NCBI GenBank assembly: GCA_944383705.1
Contig: CALWQR010000004.1
Location: forward strand, 1 to 59,706
Length of the DNA stretch: 59,706 nt
Direction: 5' to 3'
DNA from: an uncultured Clostridia bacterium
Lineage (GTDB): Bacteria > Bacillota > Clostridia > Oscillospirales > CAG-272
Shown: positions 1 through 11,667 of the stretch, in pieces
How positions within the stretch are numbered: position 1 is the stretch's first letter
How the letters are laid out: every line of letters starts with the position of its first letter
Made by a program: the position numbers and the translations under genes
Notes under the pieces: model-generated
Told to the model about the DNA's origin: nothing
Database searches by the model: none
What the model saw: the letters and a program-made list of their open reading frames with translations, nothing else

Positions 1-109
1 GACGGAAAAGATGCAAGAAGTTGCCCGGTCTGTACCGCCCGGGGGAGCCTTCCAAGGCGGGTCCCTCCAAGGTCTTTGCGTCCAGCGGTATCTATATCCC
101 CCGCCGGGG

Positions 110-844
110 TCAGCGGAAGTAATACAGGAAGCTGAAGTCTGTTTGGGAGTATTCCTGGCGGGAGAGCCATTTGTCGTCGGGGTCGAGAAATTCGCCGAGC
201 AGCTCATTGAAATCCGAAACGGAGAGGCAATAAATGTCATCGGCCGAGTAATAGGTCAGGGAGATGCGGCGGTAGGGGGCGAGGGTACCGTCCTTCCAGA
301 CATAGCCGGTGGTGGTATCGGTAGTGATATAGGATTCCGGATAATCGCCCACGGCGTCCTCGTGCTGGTAGCTCTGGGTAAAGGAGAACACGGCCTGTTC
401 TTCGGGGTTGGTGCCCAGGGTATACAGACCGGCGAAGAGGTCGGATTCCTCGTAGGAGCCGTCCTCGGTCTGCAAAAACACCCGTTCGGTGCGCTGGTCG
501 CCGGCGGCGGCCACTGCAATTTTCAGGTCATTGCGGCCGTCAAAATTGAGGTCAAGCACCGCAAAGCCGTAGTCGCCGCCCAGGGCGCCCAACGATTTTT
601 CCACCTTGACCTTGGTTTCCCATATCTGCGTGCTGCCCTGGCAGACCGCAATGCGCCCGGGGCGGCCGTTTTTGCCGTAGACCTGGCAGGTACGGTCCCC
701 ATCGGCAACGCTGTACAGCAGCTGCTGCCCGGAGGAGCAGGAGGCCAGGGGCAGCAGGCAGGCCAGCAGCAGGGCCAGGCCCGCGAGCAATGCCGCGGGG
801 CGCAGGGCGCCCGGGCGGCGGGGCGGGGGCAACATGAATTTCAT
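110..844 (-). CDS. Hypothetical lipoprotein with an FG-GAP/DxNxDG-like Ca-binding motif
   Basis: Hydrophobic signal peptide ending in lipobox LASC; DLNFDGRNDL motif; AGGAG RBS upstream. Confidence 0.75.
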   Translation of the reverse strand: MKFMLPPPRRPGALRPAALLAGLALLLACLLPLASCSSGQQLLYSVADGDRTCQVYGKNGRPGRIAVCQGSTQIWETKVKVEKSLGALGGDYGFAVLDLNFDGRNDLKIAVAAAGDQRTERVFLQTEDGSYEESDLFAGLYTLGTNPEEQAVFSFTQSYQHEDAVGDYPESYITTDTTTGYVWKDGTLAPYRRISLTYYSADDIYCLSVSDFNELLGEFLDPDDKWLSRQEYSQTDFSFLYYFR

Positions 845-882
845 GGCAATTCTCCTTTTGCATTTGGGGGTACGGACAGGGA

Positions 883-914
883 AGGGGAAAGGAAAACGGT
901 TTTTCCTTTCCCCT
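883..914. terminator. 14-bp perfect hairpin at the 3' end of rnpB
   Basis: aggggaaaggaaaa-cggt-ttttcctttcccct; no clear U-tract on the minus strand. Confidence 0.5.
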
Positions 915-917
915 GTG

Positions 918-1270
918 TACAGCTCCGTCTGTAAGCCGGGTTCTGTCTTGAACGGTCATCAATCTGCGCATCCCGTTGCCGGGAATGCTTCGGGAGAATC
1001 TCCCGTGCCACCCCGGGGCATATGCCGGACCGGCGCCCGGTGGGGTGTTGCTTCGGATAGGGTTTACAGCGGACCCATGTTACCATGGGAACGGGTGAGC
1101 TCTTACCTCGCCTTTCCATCCTTACCGCAGAGCGGCGGTTTATTTCTGTTGCACTTTCCCGGCGGTTACCCGCGGCCGACGTTATCGGCTATCCTGTCCT
1201 GTGAAGCCCGGACTTTCCTCACGGTAATACCTTACGGCGCCATACCGCGCGACCGTCCGGCGGGGCTGTA
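918..1270 (-). ncRNA. rnpB: RNase P RNA, bacterial class A
   Basis: Minus strand has GAGGAAAGTCCGGGCT near the 5' end and ACAGAACCCGGCTTAC near the 3' end (P4 signature), plus GTGCAACAGAAA; ends pair as P1. Confidence 0.96.
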
Positions 1271-1275
1271 CTGAT

Positions 1276-1304
1276 ATTATACCGGATTTGTCCGCATTTG
1301 TCAA
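1276..1304 (-). promoter_or_regulatory. Sigma-A promoter of rnpB
   Basis: TTGACA-17 bp-TATAAT on the minus strand directly upstream of rnpB. Confidence 0.85.
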
Positions 1305-1349
1305 GCGTTTGGGAAAAATTCGGGAAAATGCCGGTGCTTGCCGCCCGGC

Positions 1350-2726
1350 TCAGAAATAGTAGTTGGAGCCGATGCGCTTGATGTCGGTAGCCGAGGCCAG
1401 CACCTTGGCGTCCAGCTCGATTTCGGGGGAGAGGGTGTAGCATTCGTCCAGGAACAGCTTTTCCACGAGCGAGGAGTTGAAGTTCTGGAACCAGGGCTCG
1501 TTGATTTCCTCGTCATAGGCGCCGGGCGTGGGGGCGTACTTCATAATGATGTGGTAGCCGGCCGCATCGGAGGTGATTTTGACGATGTCGCCGTCCTCCA
1601 TCGCGTCCATGGCCGTGATGATGTCGGCGAAATAGGCGAAATCCGAACCGACGGCGGCATAGTCCACATTCTTTTGCAGATAGTAGCCGTCGGTGTAAAT
1701 CTCCTCGTTGTCGTACTCCTCGTTGTGCTTGGCCATTGCGGCCTCAAACTCTGCTGCCGTGCAGTTCTGCAGCTCCAGGTACAGCGCGTCGGCCTCCTTG
1801 TTCAGCGCCTCGCGCTCCTCCTCGGTCAGCTCCTCGGTTTTGGCCACGCCGTCGTCGTCCAGCACATAGCTGGGGACGCCGTTGACTGTGTCGTAGGCGA
1901 TGCGGGGGGATTCCTCCTCGTTGTAGTTCGGGGTTGCGTAGTAGATGGTGTCGCCGTTCGCGTCAGTAATCGGCGCGCCGTTTTCGTCGGTTCCCTCGTA
2001 GCCGTTGACCGTATCGTAGGCGATGGTTTTGAGCTGGGATTCCTCCACGTAGTAAACCGTGTCGCCGTTGGCGTCGGTCACATAGATATAGCGGTAGTAG
2101 GGGAAGAAGATCTGCTTGAAGTGTACGTAGTTTTCGGCCAGGAAATCCTCCTTGAGGTTGTGGCCGACCAGCGAGGCGTTGGCGCCGTATTTGGCGGTCT
2201 GCACGGTGTTTACCATTTCCTCCAGGGTGTAGACCTCCCGGAGCATGCTGTAATTGATGCCGTAGCCAGAGAGCACCGAGTTGAGCTTGGTTTTGGAGCC
2301 GTCGCCGTGCTCCTGCAGCACATCGTCCAGCCGGTCCTCAATGCTTTGCTGCTGGCTTTCCGACAGGGTCAGCCCCATGCTTTCAAAATACCACATGGCG
2401 GCCAGATACGTGCGGCAGTTTTCCAGAATCAGGTCGCCGTAGTATTCGCCCAGGGTCTGGATATCGGCGCCGTTGAAGGTGTCCTGATACTCCCAGAAGG
2501 CGTCCTGCTCGGGGGTGTAGCCCCCCACGGTATAGCCTCCCGAGACCAGCGCGCCCTTCATGCGGCTGAGCATAAACTCATAGAGGTTGACCGAAAAGGT
2601 GACCTTGACCCCGTCCTTGTCCAGGGTGAGCAGGGTTTTGCCCCGGGAGGAGCAGGAGGCCAGCGGCAGGGCCAGCAGCGCAAGCGCCAGCAGCAGGGTG
2701 CACAGACGAATGGTGCGGTGTTTCAT
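1350..2726 (-). CDS. PrsA/SurA-like foldase lipoprotein (degenerate parvulin domain with insertion)
   Basis: Lipobox LASC; YVHFKQIF and GYHIIMK parvulin-like strands; directly downstream of mfd as in many Clostridia; start set at MKHRT. Confidence 0.7.
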   Translation of the reverse strand: MKHRTIRLCTLLLALALLALPLASCSSRGKTLLTLDKDGVKVTFSVNLYEFMLSRMKGALVSGGYTVGGYTPEQDAFWEYQDTFNGADIQTLGEYYGDLILENCRTYLAAMWYFESMGLTLSESQQQSIEDRLDDVLQEHGDGSKTKLNSVLSGYGINYSMLREVYTLEEMVNTVQTAKYGANASLVGHNLKEDFLAENYVHFKQIFFPYYRYIYVTDANGDTVYYVEESQLKTIAYDTVNGYEGTDENGAPITDANGDTIYYATPNYNEEESPRIAYDTVNGVPSYVLDDDGVAKTEELTEEEREALNKEADALYLELQNCTAAEFEAAMAKHNEEYDNEEIYTDGYYLQKNVDYAAVGSDFAYFADIITAMDAMEDGDIVKITSDAAGYHIIMKYAPTPGAYDEEINEPWFQNFNSSLVEKLFLDECYTLSPEIELDAKVLASATDIKRIGSNYYF

Positions 2727-2728
2727 GT

Positions 2729-5700
2729 TCAGCAATCCTTTCTTTTATGGGGTGGTGCGTTTTCGGCCGGGGCCTGCGGCCCGCCGGCGCGGTAGCGCGA
2801 GAGGCAGGCCTGCAGGCGCTCCAGCCCCTGCGCGGGCTTTTGCAGGCGCAGGCAGACGTGCGGCTCGCCCGACATCAGAATGCGGAGCTGCCCCGGGAAG
2901 GCGTCGGAGACGTCGCTCCAGCGGTCAATGTCCAGCGTTTGCGGGTAGATGTGAATTTCCCGGCCGTTCTGCCGGACCGAGGTGACGCCGCAGGCCACCG
3001 CGGTGGCGTGTATCAGCGCAATGCGCAGCAGGTTGCGCGCCGCCGCCGGGGGCTCGCCGAAGCGGTCCAGCAGCTCGTCTGTGACGTCGGCCAGGTCGGC
3101 CTCGTTGGCAATCAGGGCGATTTTTTTGTAAAGCGCCATGCGCTGGGCAGGGTAGGGGACGTATTTTTCGGGCAGGTAGGCGTCAAAGTCCAGCGAAACC
3201 GTGCACTCGGCCTCGGGCGGGGGAGCCTCTCCTTTTTCCTCCAGCACGGCCTGGTTGAGCAGCCGGATATACAGGTCGTAGCCCACGGCGTCCATATGCC
3301 CGTGCTGCTCGGCCCCCAGCAGGTTGCCCGCGCCCCGGATTTCCATATCCCGCAGCGCAATCTGGAAGCCGGCGCCGAACTCGGCGTATTCCCGGATGGC
3401 CTCCAGACGCTTGAGCGCTACGTCCGAGAGCGCCATACCGGCGGGGTAGGTGAAATAGGCGTAGGCCCGGCGGGCCGAGCGCCCCACGCGGCCCCGGATC
3501 TGGTGCAGCTGCGAGAGCCCCAGCCGGTGCGCGTCCGAAACGATCAGAGTGTTGGCGTTGGGAATGTCCACGCCGGTCTCGATGATGGTGGTGCAGACCA
3601 GGATGTCAATTTCCCCCGAGAGCATCTGCTCCCAGATCTGCTCCAGCTCCTCCTTTTCCATCTTGCCGTGCGCCACCGTAATGCGGGCCTCGGGAATGGC
3701 CTGCGCCAGCCGCGCGGCCACCGAGTGGATGCTTTCCACCCGGTTATGCAGGTAAAACACCTGCCCGCCCCGCCGCAGCTCGCGCCGGATGGCCTCCTCC
3801 AGAATCAGGGGGTCCTCCTCCAGCACATAGGTCTGCACCGGCAGGCGGTCCACCGGGGCGTCGTCCAGAATCGAGATGTCCCGGATGCCTCCCATTGCCA
3901 TGTTCAGCGTGCGGGGAATCGGTGTGGCCGAGAGCGAGAGCACATCCACGCCGGCGGTGACCTGCTTGAGCTTTTCCTTCTGCGCCACGCCAAAGCGCTG
4001 CTCCTCGTCCACAATCACCAGCCCCAGGTCATGGAATTCCACGTCCCGCGAGAGCAGCCGGTGGGTGCCGACCAGAATGTCCAGCTCCCCCCGGCGGAGG
4101 CTGCGCAGGGTCTGCGCCTGCTGCCGCGAGGTGCGGAAGCGGGAAATCATGTCCACGTTGACCGCAAAGCTGCGCATCCGGCTGACGATGGTCTGGTAAT
4201 GCTGCAGTGCCAGGAGAGTGGTGGGGACCAGCAGCGCCACCTGCTTGCCGCCCAGCACGGCCTTGTAGGCGGCGCGCAGCGCCACCTCGGTTTTTCCGTA
4301 GCCCACATCCCCGCACAGCAGGCGGTCCATGGGCACGGCGCGCATCATGTCCTCCTTGATTTCGTCCGAGGCGGTGAGCTGGCTCTCGGTTTCCTCGTAT
4401 TCAAAGGCGTCCTCAAAGGCCTTCTGGTAGTGGTCGTCGGCAGGGAAGGCGTACCCCGGGCGGCGCATCCGCTCGGCGTACAGGCGGATGAGCTCCTTGG
4501 CCATCTCCCGGACCGCTGCCTTGGCACGGGCCTTGCTTTTTTTCCAGGAATCGCCTCCCATTTTGGAGAGCTTGACCAGCCCGTCGTCCGAGTGCGCCCC
4601 GATATATTTGGAGACCTTATCCAGCTTTTCCACCGGCAGAAAGAGCCGGTCGCTGCCGGCGTACTGGATGCCGATATAGTCGCGGGTGATCCCGTTGCAG
4701 GTCATGGTTTCAATGCCGGTGTAACGGCCGATGCCGTAGGTTTCGTGCACCACGTAGTCCCCCACCTCCAGCTCGGCGTAGGAAAGCAGGCTTTTGGTGT
4801 CCTTCCGGCGCTTTTTGCGCAGGGGGCTGCGGGCGGCGCGCAGACCGCCCTCGCGGCCGTCGGGCAGCAGCGAGAGCAGCACCACGCGGGGCACCGGCAG
4901 CTCAAAGCCGGGCAGCGCATCCTGCCAGAGCACCGTCACGCTGCCGCCCGGCATCTGCCCGACGTCCCCGGGCGGGGGCAGCAGCTCATACCCTTCCTCA
5001 CGCAGCCGCTCGGCCAGGCGCTCGGCCTCGGTCCGGTTTTCGGCCAGCAGCAGGCAGCGGTAGCCGTTTTGCACATAGCCCCGCAGGTCCTCGTCAAACA
5101 GCATTCGGTTGTTGGCATAGGAAACCGTATGCCGGGAGCGGAAGCCGAACAGCCCGGCCAGCCGCCGGTCCGAGATGCGGGGAGCGATGGAATCGATGTG
5201 CAGCGTCACACCGCCGTCGCAGAACAGCCCGAAGGCCGAGGCCGGCCGGGCATATTCGGCGTAGCGGGAGGCGATGGTGCCCCCCTCCATCAGTTCGGTA
5301 ATCACCTGGTTCATGTGCCATTCCGACGCCCGCAGGCGGTCGTTGACCGCGTTGGTCCCCCGCACCAGCACCAGGGGCCGGCCGGGCAGGTAATCCAGCA
5401 GGCAGGCGCGTTCCTCGTATACCAGTGTGATATATTTGTCCAGGAACGGGATTTCCCCGCCCCCGTCCCCGGCGGCGTCCGCAGCGGCGCACTCCCGCGC
5501 GAGCTCCTCGGCGGCCCGCTCCTCCTTCGCGCTCCGGCGCTGGGCGGCCAGAGCTTTTTTCAGACGCTCCAGCGCCGGCGGGTCGCAAAGCAGCTCCCGC
5601 GCGGGGGGCAGCTCTGCCGACACTACGGTCTGTGTCATGCGCTGGGAATCGGGGTCGAACAGCCCCATGCGGTCAATCTCGTCCCCGAACAGCTCGATGC

Positions 5701-6328
5701 GCAGGGCATATGCGCCGCTGTGCAGGCCGCCGTCGGCGTCCAGAAAGCTCCCGCGCGGGGGGTAGATGTCAAGGATCCCGCCGCGCACCGCAAACTGCCC
5801 CGCGCCGTCGGTCATGTCGGTCCGCACATAGCCTGCGGCCAGCAGCCGGGCCGACAGCGCGGGCAGGTCAACGCGGTCCTCGGCCTGCACCGAGATTGTG
5901 GCGCCGCGCAGCCGCGCGGGCGGAATGGTGTAGCCCAGCGCCGCGTCGGGCGTGGTGAGCACCGCGTCAAACTCCCGGTTGAGGATGCCGGAGAGCACCC
6001 GCAGCCGCTCGTGCTCGTATTCGTGCGAGGCAATCATGTTGTAAAAGGTCAGGTCGCGCGCCATATAAAAGCCGGCCCGCAGGCCGAAGCGCTCCAGCAG
6101 TCCCTGCAGGCGCACGCAGTCCTTTTCCTCGGGGCATACAATCAGCGCGCAGCCCTCGCGCAGGCGGGCGGTGTCCTCCAGCAACGCAAGAATCAGCGCG
6201 TCGGACGCGCCCTCGCAAAGCCCGCTGGCCAGGATGGGCAGGGGATTGGCGCGGAAATCCTGCTCGACGGTGCGCAGCAGCTGGCGGTATTCGGGGTCCA
6301 GGCGGATCCCGGAGGTGAAAATGCTCAT
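2729..6328 (-). CDS. mfd: Transcription-repair coupling factor
   Basis: GDYVVH RID domain, GDVGYGKT, DEEQRFGV, SATPIPRT, QIRGRVGR, TRCF C-terminus; 1199 aa. Confidence 0.98.
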   Translation of the reverse strand: MSIFTSGIRLDPEYRQLLRTVEQDFRANPLPILASGLCEGASDALILALLEDTARLREGCALIVCPEEKDCVRLQGLLERFGLRAGFYMARDLTFYNMIASHEYEHERLRVLSGILNREFDAVLTTPDAALGYTIPPARLRGATISVQAEDRVDLPALSARLLAAGYVRTDMTDGAGQFAVRGGILDIYPPRGSFLDADGGLHSGAYALRIELFGDEIDRMGLFDPDSQRMTQTVVSAELPPARELLCDPPALERLKKALAAQRRSAKEERAAEELARECAAADAAGDGGGEIPFLDKYITLVYEERACLLDYLPGRPLVLVRGTNAVNDRLRASEWHMNQVITELMEGGTIASRYAEYARPASAFGLFCDGGVTLHIDSIAPRISDRRLAGLFGFRSRHTVSYANNRMLFDEDLRGYVQNGYRCLLLAENRTEAERLAERLREEGYELLPPPGDVGQMPGGSVTVLWQDALPGFELPVPRVVLLSLLPDGREGGLRAARSPLRKKRRKDTKSLLSYAELEVGDYVVHETYGIGRYTGIETMTCNGITRDYIGIQYAGSDRLFLPVEKLDKVSKYIGAHSDDGLVKLSKMGGDSWKKSKARAKAAVREMAKELIRLYAERMRRPGYAFPADDHYQKAFEDAFEYEETESQLTASDEIKEDMMRAVPMDRLLCGDVGYGKTEVALRAAYKAVLGGKQVALLVPTTLLALQHYQTIVSRMRSFAVNVDMISRFRTSRQQAQTLRSLRRGELDILVGTHRLLSRDVEFHDLGLVIVDEEQRFGVAQKEKLKQVTAGVDVLSLSATPIPRTLNMAMGGIRDISILDDAPVDRLPVQTYVLEEDPLILEEAIRRELRRGGQVFYLHNRVESIHSVAARLAQAIPEARITVAHGKMEKEELEQIWEQMLSGEIDILVCTTIIETGVDIPNANTLIVSDAHRLGLSQLHQIRGRVGRSARRAYAYFTYPAGMALSDVALKRLEAIREYAEFGAGFQIALRDMEIRGAGNLLGAEQHGHMDAVGYDLYIRLLNQAVLEEKGEAPPPEAECTVSLDFDAYLPEKYVPYPAQRMALYKKIALIANEADLADVTDELLDRFGEPPAAARNLLRIALIHATAVACGVTSVRQNGREIHIYPQTLDIDRWSDVSDAFPGQLRILMSGEPHVCLRLQKPAQGLERLQACLSRYRAGGPQAPAENAPPHKRKDC

Positions 6329-6663
6329 GTCTGGCCTTTCTGTTTCGGAATGGAATCCATCGGAATGGGATCAAAGAGAAGGAACGACAGGGGGCGGCAG
6401 AGGGCGGCGGATGTGCGCCTCCTCTGCCGCGGGACGGACCGCGGCGCGCCCGCCGCCCCGGCCCTTTGCCGGTACGCCTGCCGGGCGGCGTGCCCCGGTT
6501 TTCCCGGATGCCCGGGAGCGACGGCCGGCAGTCCGGCCCTGCGGGCTCCCGCTTCCGGCAGCCCTGCCGCAGCAGGGCTGCCGGGGCTTTTACGGGGGGC
6601 CCACTCTGTCGCGGTGGGGCAGGCGGCCGGGCCTTTGCAGCAAGCCCTTCTCTGGTGCCGGCC

Positions 6664-7305
6664 TCAGCCGGGCCGGTGGGAGTTGCAGAGCTGTGCGGCG
6701 TCGTCAAACCTCCCCTGCAGAATCAGAGGGACGCCCTGCAGGGCGCAGCCGATGGCTGCGTCCAGCGCCCGGCGGTCGGCCGGGGGCAGGGCAGAGAGCA
6801 CCCAGTCGGCCAGGTCATACTCCGGGGTCGGCTTGGCGCCAACGCCCAGGCGGATGCGGGGGAACTCCTCGGTTCCCAGCTGCCGGATGATGCTCCGCAG
6901 GCCGTTGTGCCCGCCGGCGCTGCCCTGCCGCCGCACGCGCAGCCGGCCCGGGGGGAGGCTGATGTCGTCCGACAGCACCAGCACCTGCCCGGGCGGAATG
7001 CGGTAAAAGGCGGCGGCCTCGCGCACGGCCAGTCCGGATTCGTTCATATAGGTCATGGGCTTGAGCAGCAGCACCCGGGTGCCTGCCAGCGTGGCCTCGG
7101 CGGTCAGCGCATGAAAGCGCATCCGGTCGATGTGCAGCCCCTGCTGCCCGGCCAGGGCGTCCAGCGCCAGAAAGCCGGCATTGTGCCGGGTGTTCCGGTA
7201 CTCCTCCCCCGGGTTGCCCAGCCCCGCAATCAGCCAGCTCACCGGCCCGGCCGGGGCGGCGGGCTTGCCCGAGAGCTTGCGGAACAGCTCAAAAATATCG
7301 GTCAT
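6664..7305 (-). CDS. pth: Peptidyl-tRNA hydrolase
   Basis: GLGNPG, TRHNAGF, KPMTYMNESG, GGHNGLRSI. Confidence 0.97.
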   Translation of the reverse strand: MTDIFELFRKLSGKPAAPAGPVSWLIAGLGNPGEEYRNTRHNAGFLALDALAGQQGLHIDRMRFHALTAEATLAGTRVLLLKPMTYMNESGLAVREAAAFYRIPPGQVLVLSDDISLPPGRLRVRRQGSAGGHNGLRSIIRQLGTEEFPRIRLGVGAKPTPEYDLADWVLSALPPADRRALDAAIGCALQGVPLILQGRFDDAAQLCNSHRPG

Positions 7306-7437
7306 GGTTGCGTGATTCCTTTCGTGTCAGACGCCAAAAGGCGCCGGCCCCCGTGGGAACCCGCTGCCGTCCGCCTGAACATGCTGCGCGCCGGGACCGC
7401 GGCGTTGGCCGCGGACGTTTTTCGGCGTCACCGCAAT

Positions 7438-7466
7438 ATTATACTATAAAAATATGAACCTGTCAA
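7438..7466 (-). promoter_or_regulatory. Sigma-A promoter of pth-mfd
   Basis: TTGACA-17-TATAAT on the minus strand. Confidence 0.75.
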
Positions 7467-7539
7467 ATCGTTTTTGTGGAAAGGCACCGCCGTTCACAAA
7501 ATATTTACATGTGAAACGCCGAATCCGGAATGAAAGGAC

Positions 7540-7569
7540 TGGACAAACAGGCAAAAAATATGGTATAAT
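7540..7569 (+). promoter_or_regulatory. Probable ppdK promoter
   Basis: TGGACA-18-TATAAT with extended -10 (TG). Confidence 0.6.
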
Positions 7570-7670
7570 AACACGGTACTGTGAATGTCGGGAGGCAAGA
7601 GCAGCTTTTTGCTGCGCCTGCGGTTCGACCATGCCAGAATTTACAATAAATGTATGGAGGATTACCTTTT

Positions 7671-10292
<2,622 letters not shown>

Positions 10293-10327
10293 TCCGGAGC
10301 AGCCGGAGCTTGCAGCAATGGTTCCGC

Positions 10328-10369
10328 CGCCAGGGGAAGGCCGAAGCCCGGCCTTCCCCTGGCGTTTTT
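10328..10369 (+). terminator. Intrinsic terminator of ppdK
   Basis: cgccaggggaaggccg...cggccttcccctggcg followed by TTTTT. Confidence 0.8.
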
Positions 10370-10498
10370 GTGTGCGCCGTCCCCCGGCCGGGGGACGGCG
10401 CTTTGCTGTCCGGCGCGCCGACAGCCGTCCCGCGCTGCGGCGCGGTCTTCAAAAACGGCCCGACATCATGAAAAAATGTCACATTTTTCTTTTGTGTC

Positions 10499-10527
10499 TT
10501 GACTTTTGCCTGGCTCTTTGCTATAAT
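10499..10527 (+). promoter_or_regulatory. Sigma-A promoter of the SGNH-GH20 operon
   Basis: TTGACT-17-TATAAT with TG extension. Confidence 0.75.
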
Positions 10528-10562
10528 GGTGCTGAAACTTTATCCGACAAGGAGATATGCAC

Positions 10563-11648
10563 ATGAGCTATCAGGTGCCGGACCGGAATCTGGCCATCGA
10601 AACCTCCATCGGCGAGGCTGACGTGCGGTTTTACGACGTGCGGCAGGAGCCCTTTGCGGTCTACGGGCTGTACAATCCCCGCACCGAGCCCGATTTCAAG
10701 CGGATGCCCGATGCGGTCGCCGCCGCGGTCAGCGCGGGCGTGGCCAAGCTGGCCCGCAACACCGCGGGCGGGCGGGTGCGCTTCTGCACCGATTCCAGGT
10801 ATGTCGCCATCAGGGCCGAGATGCCCCTGATGTGCCTGATGTCCCACATGGCCTTTACCGGCAGCGCGGGCTTTGACCTGTACGTCGATTCACCAGAGAC
10901 CGGTATGAGCCGCTTCTGGCGGGCCTTCCGCCCGGCCGCCGACGCCAAGGGCGGGTTTGAGTCCAAGGTCGTCTTTGCCGACCGCAAGCGGCGCTGGTTC
11001 ACCGTCAACTTCCCCAGCTACAGCAATGTGCGCAATCTGTACATCGGGCTGCAGCAGGACGCGGAGGTCGGGGCGGGAATGCCCTACCGCAGCCCGCTGC
11101 CGGTGGTGTATTACGGCAGCTCCATCACGCAGGGGGCCTGCGCTACCCGGCCGGGCAACGCCTACCAGAACATCATCAGCCGGGAGCTGGGGCTGGACTT
11201 TCTCAACTTCGGCTTTTCGGGCAACGGCAGGGGGGAGGATGCGATGATCGATTATCTTGCCGGCCTGCCCATGCTGGCCTTTGTGTCGGATTACGACCAC
11301 AATGCGCCGGGCACGGCCCACCTGGCGCAAACCCACCGGCGGCTGTATCAGGCGGTGCGCGCGGCGCACCCGGACATCCCCTATCTGATGGTGAGCCGCA
11401 CCGACGACTACAGCTCGAATTACGGGCTGCGGCTGGACAACCGGCAGGCCGTGCTGGCCAACTTTGAGCAGGCCCGCGCACAGGGCGACGGCAATGTCTA
11501 CTATATCGACGGCGGGGAGATCTTCCGCGGTCCGCACGAGGACCAGTGCACCGTGGACGGCACGCATCCCACCGATATCGGCTTTTCGCTGATGGCCGAC
11601 GCCATCGGCTGCGCGCTCCGCCAGGCGCTGATGAAAAACAGTATCTGA
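10563..11648 (+). CDS. SGNH/GDSL hydrolase (GxDLY-type carbohydrate esterase)
   Basis: GFDLY N-domain; YGSSITQG, NFGFSGNG, DYDHN, DGTHP catalytic blocks; start could also be 10557. Confidence 0.88.
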   Translation: MSYQVPDRNLAIETSIGEADVRFYDVRQEPFAVYGLYNPRTEPDFKRMPDAVAAAVSAGVAKLARNTAGGRVRFCTDSRYVAIRAEMPLMCLMSHMAFTGSAGFDLYVDSPETGMSRFWRAFRPAADAKGGFESKVVFADRKRRWFTVNFPSYSNVRNLYIGLQQDAEVGAGMPYRSPLPVVYYGSSITQGACATRPGNAYQNIISRELGLDFLNFGFSGNGRGEDAMIDYLAGLPMLAFVSDYDHNAPGTAHLAQTHRRLYQAVRAAHPDIPYLMVSRTDDYSSNYGLRLDNRQAVLANFEQARAQGDGNVYYIDGGEIFRGPHEDQCTVDGTHPTDIGFSLMADAIGCALRQALMKNSI

Positions 11649-11667
11649 CCAGAGGAGGAACAACCAA

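Noticed and set aside
6329-6663. GC-rich hairpins between pth and mfd as an ncRNA
   Set aside because: No recognisable RNA family signature; such hairpins fill most spacers in this genome
2747-7006. 1419-aa + strand ORF, and similar long antisense ORFs (7662-10208, 14619-16931, 25638-28193, 48301-52272)
   Set aside because: Antisense shadows of real high-GC genes, with no motifs or RBS; codon bias suppresses antisense stops
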